Origin: Octopus sinensis | Lineage: Eukaryota | Reading direction: 5' to 3' | Assembly: GCF_006345805.1 (NCBI RefSeq) | Contig: NW_021835893.1 | Location: forward strand, 1-37,671 | Length of the DNA: 37,671 nt | Shown: positions 1 through 12,857 of the stretch, piece after piece | How positions within the stretch are numbered: position 1 is the first letter of the stretch | Layout: each line of letters opens with the position of its first letter | The notes under the pieces: generated by a model | Database searches by the model: none | Told to the model about the DNA's origin: nothing | What the model saw: only the letters and a program-made list of their open reading frames with translations | Translations under genes and position numbers: made by a program

Positions 1-7
1 ATGTCAC

Positions 8-206
<199 letters not shown>

Positions 207-480
207 AGTAACTCTCTCTCTATATATATCTACTTATCTATCTATCCACCTGTCTGTCTGTTTCTAGCTCACAGGTATATCTGAAAGTTTAAATCGAACT
301 CCTACCTGTAGCATAAAAGGCTTTGGAATAGGGCAGAGAGGAAGAAAGAGAAGAAGAAAAACATTATGGTAATGGCAATCTTTTATGCGAAACACTTGTA
401 GTGTAGGATATAGTCACAGCAATCATTTATTTATTTGGATAAACAAACTTGCGCCTAATTTTGTTTATTTGCATTTTTAG

Positions 481-534
<54 letters not shown>

Positions 535-1111
535 GTAGAAAACATAGATAGACCTAGGCACTTACACACAAACACACACACACACACACAACACACACAC
601 ACACAACATACATATGAATATTTACGTATGTATATGAATGTCTATACATATTTACCGGTTCACACATACAACTGTACGCATTATACGAGCACATACGAAC
701 ATTGACAGATATATTTGTACCTATCTACATACACACAAACACACAAACACACATATCTGTGTGTGTGAGTGTGCGTCTGTCAGTTTACAATTTTTGAACT
801 ACAAAGGAATTGCTCGATTATTTCTTTGTAATTGATCAACACAGTCTGTTTGTTTAATGCCAAAAATCTCTCGAAGTTTGATGGGCAATTTGAGAATTTC
901 TTAAGGTAGATGATGCTTTGATATTTTACTTACAAAAGCTGGGTAAATAGCATTTGAGTATAGTCTTAGAAATTAATAGTCTAAAAATAGTTTTGGAGGG
1001 AATTAGATCATACATGAACATATACAGAATTCGACAGATATACGGATGCAATCACACACAAATATATGCATATGGGTACACATATGTACAAAGATATATA
1101 AGTTTGTGTAC

Positions 1112-1144
<33 letters not shown>

Positions 1145-1627
1145 TTTTTTTGTATTTGTATGTTTGTGTGTGTTTGCGCGTGTGTACCTGTGTGGTTGTG
1201 TATCTCTATACAAGTTTCACGTGAAAGGAGAGAAAACGCACAAAGCCGCAAAGGTACAGAATGGAAAGCATCGTATCGCGGTAGCGAGACCGACACACTC
1301 TTACACGCACTTGTTCCTTAACATATACAACACACATACTCATGGGTTCGTGTGTATGCCTTCTATTCATATCGGTCTGAATTGAATGTGCGTATGTGTG
1401 TGCGTTGATATGTGCGCGTTTGTATATAAAGATATATATACAAGGACGTACGTAGACCTATTGGCATGTATATACATATGTATTATATATATATATATAT
1501 ATGTACACACACATATATATATATTGCATATTTATTCCTGCATATAAATACATAAATATATATATATATATATATATATACATGCATATAAATACATACA
1601 TATGTATATATAGATATATCTGTGTTT

Positions 1628-1658
<31 letters not shown>

Positions 1659-1871
1659 TATAGATACACATAATATACATATATAGGTATGTCCATAAAT
1701 ATTTATGTATATATACATATATGTGCATACACACTCACCTACACATATACACATTCATATAGATATATACATCTTCGTATGCATATATATTTATATATAT
1801 TTATATATATGTATATATATACGTATAAATATATATGTATATAAATGTATATATATTTATACAAACATAGG

Positions 1872-1903
<32 letters not shown>

Positions 1904-2803
1904 CACACATACATGTATATGTATACATGTATAAACTTCCAATACGTATTTCTTGGAATCTAAATGGCAAAACACTGTGATTATTTCTCGGATTCACTTT
2001 AATCTAAGGCATCGCCTCCGTTTTATTGCTTCGTTCGATTTTAAATCGTATTCAATGAAGCGAACAGACCGCGGATTGAGACGCATTCAATTCGATTTCA
2101 ATGTCGTAGTCGTCGGGTTTATAGGTTAAATAACCCCTCTCGATGTTGAATTAATGGAACCCAATTGCCTCTGGTTGTTATTGTAGTGGAATTCCTGATT
2201 GTAGTATGGGCCATTGCCCTGTTGGTAGTTATTGTGCTCGTGTTGGTTCTAGTTTGAGTTGGTAAATTTTTCTACTGCCTTTGGCGATGGAAAGAGTTTT
2301 ATTATTATATTTTGTGATGTTGATGCAAATGGAACTCTTTGCATTCTGTTTTGTTTTTGGTTAAGATTTCACTGTATCGGATGTGGTTTGAGGTAGTACA
2401 AATGATATTCTCCTTATTATTTATTTTTGATGTATGTTGATTGGTAGAAGCTATATGGTTCATCGTGGGGGTGCTTGCTTTGGTATTATTTGGTTGTATT
2501 AACTCTGGTCGTTCGTGAAATGCTCTAGTATTTATTGGTGACGAAACTTATGTAAGGATTGATGGTAGAATATATCGTTCAATTTTCAGTCACGTGGAAG
2601 GGCAGTGCCTCTGTGCATTGGTACAAACTCACAGAAATTGAAGGGACTCATACTTCTGAAACCAGAGATGTATCCCGAATGATTTCAACCCGGTGCATTA
2701 CACTATAGACACATTACATTTCAGAAGGTAGATCAAAGCCGGGAGATTTGGGATATCTACCAGTAAAGAATACCTATGGATGAAGTAAATGTGTCTGTTA
2801 TCG

Positions 2804-3022
<219 letters not shown>

Positions 3023-3027
3023 TTGGT

Positions 3028-3242
3028 GGAGGCGCAATGGCCCAGTGATTAGGCAGCGGACTTGCGTCGTAGGATCTCGGTTTCGATTCCCAGACCGGGC
3101 GTTGTGTGTGTTTTTATTGCGCGAAAACACCTAAAAGCTCCACGAGGCTCCGGCTGGGATGGTGGTGATCCCGCTGTACTCTTTCACACGACTCAAAGGC
3201 GGTGCTCCAGCATGGCCGCAGTCAAATGACTGAAACAAGTAC
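3028..3242 (+). mobile_element. Chimeric tRNA-derived SINE: family A head joined to family B 3' tail
   Basis: 3028-3189 matches the 5' part of the copies at 29378 and 36552 (ggaggcgcaatggcccagtg...ggtttcgattcccagaccgggcg...tactctttcac). 3190-3242 (gactcaaaggcggtgctccagcatggccgcagtcaaatgactgaaacaagta) matches the family B tail at ~26325-26376 and ~36170-36220. Confidence 0.9.
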
Positions 3243-3293
3243 AAAAAAAATATATATATATATTTTATATATGTGTGTGTGCATGTTTGTTTG

Positions 3294-3342
<49 letters not shown>

Positions 3343-3387
3343 CACATATATATATATATATATATACACATATATATATATATATAC

Positions 3388-3428
<41 letters not shown>

Positions 3429-3519
3429 GGTAGGAAATTCGGGCTGCGGCATCAACTTTTCTCATTCTCCAAATGCCACATATCAGAGGAAGTTTCAAAT
3501 AATGACGAAGCTCAGTCAA

Positions 3520-3569
3520 CGGCAGTGCTCCAGCATGACCGCAGCTTTGAAGCTCAAACATTTAAAAGA
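3520..3569 (+). mobile_element. Degenerate SINE family B tail fragment
   Basis: ggcagtgctccagcatgaccgcag...aaacatttaaaaga resembles ggcggtgctccagcatggccgcag...aaacatgtaaaaga. Confidence 0.6.
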
Positions 3570-4208
3570 TATTTAGTGTTATGTATATATATATATGTGT
3601 GTGTGTGTTTGTCTGTGTGTGTTTGTCTGTGTGTGTACACATACATACATATATGTCGGATATATATACACTTAAATATAAGCGCATATATTCTATATAT
3701 AAATATCGATAATTGTCTCTCTCTCTCGGCCTATCTTTCTCTCTCTGCCTCCATTTCTATCTGCCTCACCCTCTCTCTCTCTCTCTCTATATATTATATA
3801 TATATATATATATATATGCGTGCATGTGTGTTCGAATGATAGGGTGTGAGTGAGTGTGTGTTTGTGTTTGTACTCGCATGTGTCTGCTCTCACGCGTGTC
3901 TCTATACGTAAGCCACCAGAGACACACGCAAACATACACAAAAAAATACATATATATTATATATATATATATGTACGTATAAACAACCAACTTATATATA
4001 ATTTATATCCACTAAATTTAACGCACGAGTATATGGTCAACCCCAGCAGCTAAAGACCGGACAAGATAGCCGGTCAGTGGGAATGAAACTGGAAGGGTAT
4101 AGATGCCACGTGGAGGAGAGGTGAATGACTCAAATCATACACCGATAGTAATGGTATTGATTATTGAAAGTAATGGTATTGTATGTATGTATATATATAT
4201 TATATATA

Positions 4209-4241
<33 letters not shown>

Positions 4242-4340
4242 GTGTGTGTGTATATATATATATATGTATATACCTGTATATATATATGTATATACATGTA
4301 TATATATATATGGTATATATGTACATTTCTACAGATATAT

Positions 4341-4373
<33 letters not shown>

Positions 4374-4391
4374 GTATGTTATATATATAAG

Positions 4392-4430
<39 letters not shown>

Positions 4431-4440
4431 ATATATATAT

Positions 4441-4472
<32 letters not shown>

Positions 4473-4994
4473 TCATATATATATATACACACAGAGATGC
4501 CGGGGAAGCCAGTGGCATTCAAGAAGAAAATGGAGGCTAGAGAAAAACGGTGCATGCGTTGTTTGTATTGTCTATTTGTTAGCCGTTGGTGATTGTGTTG
4601 TTTGAGTATTAGGCAGTAATAGTTAAGAGTAATCCCGTGTGCGGCAGAGCATATAATCGCCAATTTACGATTAAAAAGAGCTGAAGGCAAATTAAAATAC
4701 GGTATTCTAGAGATGATCGTTTTAATAGTTTTTGTAGTTTATGGTGCAGTGTTTTGGATGTACGGTGGACGCAGCTGGACTGTCTGCAGAAGGGAAAGTC
4801 AGATACTGCGAATTGTTTCTCCTTCTAAGTGCTTCTTTTAAGAATGAAGAAATACGGAAGACATAGTTGATGAATAGTGTATGTATAAAGATATATATGC
4901 ATGTATATTATTATATATATATATGTATATATGTAAATATGTATATATATATTTATATGTATATATATAGTCACAGTATATATATGTATATATA

Positions 4995-5303
4995 GTGAGG
5001 GCGCGTGGCTTAGTGGTTGGGCATTCGGCTCATGATCGTAAGGTTGTGAGTTCGATTCCCGGCGACGCGTTGTGTCTTGAGCAAGACACTTTATTTCACG
5101 TTGCTCAGTCCACTCAGCTGGCAAAAATGAGTGTACTTGTATTTCAAAGGGTCGCCTTGTCACTCTCTGTGTCACGCTGATTATCCCCGAGAACTACGTT
5201 AAGGTACACGTGTCTGTGGAATGCTCAGCCATTTGCACTTAATTTCACGAGCAAGCGTTCCGTTGATGTATCAGCTGGGACCCTCGTCGTCGTACCGCGG
5301 AGT
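4995..5303 (+). mobile_element. tRNA-derived SINE, family D head with the 3' module shared with family A
   Basis: Pol III A box TGGCTTAGTGG and B box GAGTTCGATTCCC; CORE-like segment tgtgtcttgagcaagacactt. From ~5133 it aligns with 29578-29757 (tgtatttcaaaggg...ccccgagaactacg...aatttcacgagca...ccctcgtcgtcgta). Confidence 0.88.
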
Positions 5304-5356
5304 CTTTTAATGTATAATATATATATGTATATATGTATATATATATGTATATATAT

Positions 5357-5387
<31 letters not shown>

Positions 5388-5434
5388 GTATATGTAATGT
5401 GTGTGCGTGTGTTGGTGTATGTGTGTGTTATTTG

Positions 5435-5502
5435 TGTGTCTGTGATTGTCCCCCAACATCGCTTGACAACCGATGCTGGTGCGTTTACGTCCCCGTAACT
5501 TA
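5435..5502 (+). mobile_element. SINE family B right-arm fragment
   Basis: gtcccccaacatcgcttgacaaccgatgctggtgcgtttacgtccccgtaactta matches 26197-26252. Confidence 0.8.
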
Positions 5503-6743
5503 ACACACACACACACACACCATTACACATTTATGTAAATAGATATATATCTGTATGTGTGCGTGTGTATGTATGTATGTATGTATGCATGCATGTAGTA
5601 TGTATATTCCCTTTTAGCTTTAATTTTTTAATTTTTCCTCTGAGGAGTGAGCTGGTTTCCAACGAAGGTAAAAATCTATTATTGGAATGTAGATAACAAA
5701 AGCAATGTCACATTTTAGGCATTTAGAAAACATTTTGCATACTTTAGTGTTCCACTTACAGACTATTTTTATAGTGATCAAGTCAATTGTTTGATTTCTT
5801 TTTCTGAAAATACAAGCTTAACCAGACTGTCGTTAGACATCTACATACTACAAAAAGTGCGTGATTGCTTGCCTCCTTGAGTTCTTGCTAGCTTGCCTGT
5901 AATTTAATACAGTCAAATCTGTGCATGATGAGAAAAGACACTGAGAAGTTAGAAACCCCTGAAATGTGAATACAAACGGAATAAATCAAATTTCGCGTAA
6001 ATCAGACCACGGATTCCTGAGATACTCAGATTTTGGGGATACTTTTATATATAGCCAAAATGGCGCTGAATGGGAAATACCAGGAAAATAACATAATCCT
6101 GAAATGGGAATATATGATACTGTGAAAATTGTTTCCATTAATTTTATATTTCCGCTATATAACAATTCCTCTTGTATTTTTGTAAATAAGTACTGTTAGT
6201 GGAGTTCAAGTTTATCCCGGAAGTTCTATCTCCATCAGATCCTGAAATAATCAATAAAACTTTAAACCAAATCTATGATGACATGAATGAATTGAAATAT
6301 TTAACTGAATCATCATGAAATTAATCTCCATTTCAAAGCAATGTTGGAATTAGCTTCAATGTTTTACAACCTGAACCGTCAGTAATCCAACGGGTGACCG
6401 GTAGTTTAGTTTGCTCATTAAATTGACTTACACTAATTATTATCGGTATAAATGTGAATTTATAATCTGGATGTTTCTTGATTTTCAAAGACATATTTAC
6501 ATCAACTGTATAACTGGCTTCCATGACGGAACATACATTTTCATGCCTTTCCCAGCGACATCCTACCCGTTCTGTTTACAGCTAATAGATGCTTTCATAC
6601 CAATGTTACACAAGTATTGCTTTTTTCTATGTTGTGTATGTCTGTCTGTGCCGAAAGATAGATATACGTCCGTGTGGGCCTTTCCTTGTATGTTTATCTG
6701 TCCGGATATCTTGTTGACATCTGTTGCGTTCTTTATATATATA

Positions 6744-7020
6744 CTCTCTCTTTACTCTTCTGCGACGGGGACATAAACACACCAGCATTGATTGTTAAGC
6801 AATGCTAGGGGGACAAACACAGACACACGAACACACACAAGATATATATATATATATATATACATATATACGGCGGCCTTCTTTCAGTTTCCGTCTACCA
6901 AATCCACTCACAAGGCTTTGGTCGGCCCGAGGCTATAGTAGAAGACACTTGCCCAAGGTGCCACGCAGTGGGACTGAACCCGGAAGCATGTGCTACTTAC
7001 CACACAGCCACTCCTGCGCC
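6744..7020 (-). mobile_element. SINE family B, internally deleted in the right arm
   Basis: Reverse complement begins ggcgcaggagtggctgtgtggtaagtagc; the left arm is near-identical to the 35819 copy; the tail repeat (aagagtaaagag) abuts the middle of the right arm. Confidence 0.9.
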
Positions 7021-7040
7021 TATATATATATATATATATA

Positions 7041-7535
7041 TTCTTTTATTTTTGTACTTTTTTCAGTCATATGACTGTGACCATGCTGCAGTACCGCCTT
7101 TAGTCGAAAAAATTGAACTAGGCAACTTATTCTTTGTAAGCCTAGTACTTATTCCGTTGGGATCATTTGCCGAACCGCTACGTTCCGGGGATGTACACAC
7201 ACTAACATCGGTTGTCAAGTGATAGTGGGTGGGACATAGACATACAAATACGTATATATGTAAACACACATGCTCACACACACACACTCACACATACATA
7301 CACACACACACTCACATATACATACACACACACACACTCACATATACATACACACACTCACATATATACGAAGGGCTTCTTCCAATTTCCCGTCTTTACA
7401 AATCCAGTCACAATTCTTTGGTCGGCCCGAGGCTATTGTAGATGACACCTGCTCAAGGTGCCACGCAGTGGGACTGAACACAGACGCATGTGTTTGGGGA
7501 GCAAGCGTCTAACCATCGCACTTACCACCGTGCCT
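7041..7535 (-). mobile_element. SINE family B, older diverged full-length copy in tandem with the previous one
   Basis: Tail (ttcagtcatatgactgtgaccatgctgcagtaccgcctttagtcg), right arm, expanded (CA)n linker and left arm (ggtcggcccgaggctattgtagatgacacc...ccacgcagtgggactgaac) are all present. Confidence 0.88.
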
Positions 7536-7783
7536 TTATATATGCATCCATCCATCGATCCATCGATCCATACATACATACATACATAAATAAATACATG
7601 CATACTTACACACACACACACACACAACACACACACACACACACACATATATATAGACATATATATTTATATATATATACACAAATAAGCACATGCATGC
7701 AAAACAAGGTAGGAAAAATAGCACTCGAATAGCAAAGGTAGAGTAACATGGCTTTTTAATTAAAGCTGTAAAAACACGATAAA

Positions 7784-7873
7784 ACTGTTACTCAGAGTTT
7801 CACATTCCCGCTGTTGGCCAAGACATGATCACTATCGTCCGACGAACGGAAACGCGAAACTCTAAGTAGCAGT
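7784..7873. repeat. 27-bp inverted repeat (22/27 matches) with 36-bp spacer; possible Penelope-like or MITE remnant
   Basis: actgttactcagagtttcacattcccg (7784-7810) versus cggaaacgcgaaactctaagtagcagt (7847-7873). Confidence 0.7.
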
Positions 7874-7907
7874 ACACACAGACAGACAGACAGATAGACA
7901 CACACAC

Positions 7908-7969
<62 letters not shown>

Positions 7970-7984
7970 ATATATATATATATA

Positions 7985-8182
7985 GACACCATGATAGATC
8001 GTTAGCCACTACACACATTTTTCCTCTCCTTCTTTCTCTCCTTGTTTTTTCTGTGTACCTTTCTGTAGAAGAGCGTAGGCTCGAAACGTAAAAGACTTTT
8101 TTCTATTCCTGAGCGTTATACTAATACATCTGTTTGTTTTGTACACCACCTGTCTTCGTCTCTTGTCTTTTTCTTAAACTTT

Positions 8183-8184
<2 letters not shown>
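7985..8184 (+). mobile_element. Probable Penelope-like element terminal-repeat remnant carrying a hammerhead-like variant motif
   Basis: Inserted between (TA)n tracts; contains gagcgtaggctcgaaacgtaaaag followed by ttcctgagcg and a T-rich tail; related to 23124-23252. Family assignment is an inference. Confidence 0.5.
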
Positions 8185-8230
<46 letters not shown>

Positions 8231-8286
8231 GTGTGTGTGTGTGTGAGTGTGTGTGTGTGTATGTGTGTGTGTGCGTATATATATAT

Positions 8287-8344
<58 letters not shown>

Positions 8345-8980
8345 TAAATAAGCAAATCAACCAATTTTGTATTGGATAATTATAAAGAATGGTACAAACC
8401 ATGAGCAAGTACTGCACAGGTAATCGTTATAAATAGACGAACGAAAAACTGCAATGGTGTTTTGGTCTTGTAACGTAACCCGAGGTCAGAGAGCTAGACA
8501 TGGTCATGTCTCCAATGAATTATTGCTATTCACTTATTCTAAATTTCAGGTAATAACATATTCTCAATCTCCTCAGACATTCATTTGTTTGGCAAATGGT
8601 TCCTCCAATACTCCCTGGAGGTACTTCAATGATTTCCTGCAGATTTTAATTTTGAATATCGATATTTGGCTTTTTCAAAACATTTGAAGAGTGTTTCCTG
8701 TTTGGGGACTATATTTAGATTCGATCATTATAAGTTGATGATGAATGAAAGAAAAAAAAAAAGCAATTGTATTTTTTTCGAGAATACACACAGATACACA
8801 TGCGCACGCACACATACACGCACAGTTATATTCGTACATATACAGACACACTAGCACAAATACACACATATGCCTATGTATAGGATGTTACGAAACACTG
8901 CTTTTATATAATTATAGAATATATTATTTAAGCAATGGTCCACAATTAAATGCAGTCAGTGACTTTGGCGCATATATATA

Positions 8981-9026
<46 letters not shown>

Positions 9027-9095
9027 ATATATATATATTATATATATATTTATATGTATATATTGTATATATATACACATGACATAACACCACAT

Positions 9096-9469
9096 GGAAG
9101 CACTCCGTCGGTTACGACGATGAGGGTTCCGGTTGATCCGAATCAACGGAACAGCCTGCTCGTGAAATTAACGTGTAAGTGGCTGAGCACTCCACAGACA
9201 CGTGTACCCTTAACGTAGTTCTCGGGGATATTCAGCGTGACACAGAGAGTGACGAGGCCGGCCCTTTGAAATACAGGTAAAACAGAAACAGGAAGTAAGA
9301 GTGAGAGAAAGTTGTGGTGAAAGAGTACAGCAGGGATCACCACCATCCCCGTGGAGCTTTAGGTGTTTTCGCTCAATAAACACTCACAACGCCCAGTCTG
9401 GGAATCGAAACCGCGATCCTACGACCGCGAGTCCGCTGCCCTAACCACTGGGCCATTGCGCCTCCACTT
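9096..9469 (-). mobile_element. tRNA-derived SINE family A, essentially full length, with 12-bp target-site duplication
   Basis: A box TGGCCCAGTGG and B box GGTTTCGATTCCC on the minus strand; collinear with 29378-29766; perfect direct repeat ataacaccacat at 9084-9095 and 9470-9481. Confidence 0.95.
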
Positions 9470-9665
9470 ATAACACCACATAAAACATCATTGTATGTTT
9501 ATTTTAACTTGAAAAGGTTTCAAGTTCTATATTTACCTGCTTGATCATGCCACATACAAAAGATTTCCTTGGGACTGCCTGAATTTCAAAGAGTCCTTAC
9601 TGTGGTTCAATCTGAAGGCTGACTTAGCGTAAACCTTGGGACGCTGCTTCCTGCAGTTTATAGGA

Positions 9666-9970
9666 TGTCTCTCACACACTCTTCCAAACTCTACCACTAT
9701 TCTCCTCAATTGCTCTTCCGAATCCGCCGCGCTTGCTCGATCATCAGCAAACAACAACTGACTCACCTGCCATTTCTCTCCATCTTCTCCCACGATTTGG
9801 GCTCCCCTAACAAGGGTTCCAATATTTACCTCTCTCACCACATCATCCTTATATAAATTAAACAACCGCAGAGATATCACACAACCCTGTCTGATCTCCA
9901 CTTTCATATCAAACCACTCACTCACTTCACCACCCACCATAACGCACGCCCCACTTTCTCTGTAAAAAAA
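9666..9970 (-). pseudogene. Non-LTR retrotransposon reverse transcriptase fragment (RTE-like)
   Basis: Translation SEWFDMKVEIRQGCVISLRLFNLY...QLLFADDRA...SEEQLRRIVVEFGRVCER contains the degenerate GxRQGCxxSPxLFN and FADD motifs of LINE RT. Confidence 0.9.
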
Positions 9971-11301
9971 CATTGGCAATTCGGCTTAAGCAAGACCGTT
10001 AAGTGGAGTTACAATGAAAAAGGTTTCAAGTGTAACTTTCTCACTAGAAATATATAGAATACCTTGTGTATGTGCATGCGCATGTGTGTATATATGTACA
10101 TGTGGCTGAATGTGTCTGGATGTGTGACTGTTTGTGCATATATGTGTGACAGTGTGTTTGGATTTGTGCGTGTTTCAGTATGGATGTATATATACGTACA
10201 TATTAACAGGTTACACGTGTGAAAGAGATTATGAGTTATTGTAACAACGTGACATAAGCATAAGCAACATAGATATAACAGTAGCACGGGATTTCATTTC
10301 TAGGGATTAGAGGCGAAGCACGTTTCAACTAGTTGAACATTGTAAATATTTTAATGAATCATAAAGATAGAAAAAATTACACATATGTCTAGAAGATTCA
10401 TATGCCATAGTTTATTGTGCGCAGCTAGTAAAGATTATTCATATTTCTAATATGCAAAATCTAATACATACATGCATACATACATATATACCTACACACA
10501 CACATACAGAGATACACACACGCACGCACACACACATATATACATATACACACATATACATATATGTTGTATATAAATATAAATATATATATATATATTC
10601 ATATATATATATACATATACACACACACACACATATAAATACGCAATTATATATATCACATATATACATGCATACACACGCACGCACACACACATACTCA
10701 CAAGCACAAACGCACACATACATACATATATATATATGTGTGTGTGTGTGCGTGCGTGTGTATGATATAACATGTTTCATGCGGGATATCAAGGAAGTTC
10801 GCATGAAGCCTATTTATTTAAAGTGACTCACTGCCAAGTGCATATGATGTATTTCATATGAAGAGAGAACAAACACAAAAACAGAAAAAAGTCAATGAAT
10901 ATGTAAGTATAGAACCTGATACAAACAACGCACAGTCCTGACTGAACGGCTGTGAGAGATGTGTGCATGGAACTAATTACATTTACACTAAATTCTACAC
11001 ACATATACACGCTGAAATATGAACAATTCATTCACTTTCATCTCGTTACATTGCTGGAAACATGGCGTTACTGAAGCTTACTTTTATATCAGTGATGATG
11101 AAACAGTAGGAAGAGCAAAGGCACTCCAAAAGTGCAAGTTCATACAGGACAACCCAACGCAATTTTAAGGCCTATAATTTGAGGGAACTTTGTAGATTTC
11201 AATTAGGTTCTGTTTCAATTCAAATGCTTTTTTACAGCGTTTACTTAATTGCTGGAGTGCGTTGAAACGGAGTAGGGTTTGACGAATTTTATATATATGT
11301 A

Positions 11302-11607
<306 letters not shown>

Positions 11608-12496
11608 GAAACGTATGCTTGCGTGTATAGGCAATTATTTTATCCTCTACAAAAATTCTTAAATAGATAGAAGTCTTCACAATAGCTAAAATGTATAGAC
11701 GGCTTGGGGATCGCCAAAGAAATTAAACTTGTAGAAGAACTTCAGGATAAAAAGTAAATTAATGCAAATAAACAGAAGCCTTATTATTGGAGTCCCATTA
11801 TAACAAAGCGAAGGGAAAATGAACATCAGCATAACTCTAAAGGAGACTGTATTCTAAGGCACAGTGGTGAGAAAGTAGAGAAGAAAGGCGTACCCCGAGC
11901 ACGGTAAAATCGTAACAGTAAAGCCTGCTGTTGCAAGACTTTATCAGAAAATATGATTACTGTTGCATTCGATTGTACCTCTTTCGATGTGTCACCACCG
12001 ATAAAATAACAGACACCTCAAATCATTATTTGCGATATGTATAATCGCAACAGTATGCACGGCATTTATGATACATTATTCTTTTGTTGTCAGAGCCTTC
12101 CATAAAAGAACAACATGTCACTCAGCCATCTTTTGGCATGCTTAGAATTTATTCAAATATTTTACGCACATCTTCTCTAGGTTGTCAAAAAATAGTAATA
12201 TTCGGTTACGTTCGAAAGTTAGAATTATATGGAAATGTTTATCACTAATTGAACTACTTATTCTATATGGAAACCGGCGACCAATATCCGTTTTGGTTTT
12301 CTTTTATGACAAGAATCGTGAGACAGATAACCTAGTACGAAAGAAATCAAACATGAAATCTGACGTCATGTTTAAACGGCAAGATTGCTTGCATCGGTGA
12401 GATTTCTGTCTGGTTTTGTCTTCACCGGGAGCCAAATGTATCAAATTGTATTTGGGGCAGAAATCACGACAAATTTCAAATTTAAACGGTGGTATT

Positions 12497-12857
12497 CTGT
12501 CGGTTACGACGAGGAAGGCTCCATTTGAACCGATCAATGGAACAGCCTGCTCGTGAAATTAACGTGCAAGTGGCTAAGCGCTCTACAGACACGTACACCC
12601 ATAATGTAGTTCTTGGCGAGATTCAGAGTGTGACAGGGTTGGTCCATTTCAAATACAGGTACAGTAGAATCAGGAAGAAATTGTGAAAGTTGTGGTGAAA
12701 GAGTACAGCAAGTTTCACCACCGTCTCCTGCCGGAGCCTCGTGGAGCTTTATATGATTTTGCTCAATAAACACTCACAACGCCATGTCTGGGAATTGAAA
12801 TCGCGATCTCAGGGCCGCGAGTCCGCTGCCACAACCACTGAAACATTCAGCCTCCAC
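12497..12857 (-). mobile_element. SINE family A, diverged copy
   Basis: Collinear with 9096-9469 (gtcggttacgacga...aacagcctgctcgtgaaattaacgtg...gctcaataaacactcacaacgcc...cctccac). Confidence 0.92.

Noticed and set aside
4740-4815. MYGGRSWTVCRRESQILR, reminiscent of the RTE LYGxExWT motif
   Set aside because: Too short and degenerate to support without a search.
10324-10337. Perfect 14-bp palindrome ttcaactagttgaa
   Set aside because: Isolated, with no associated structure; plausible by chance in 37 kb of AT-rich DNA.
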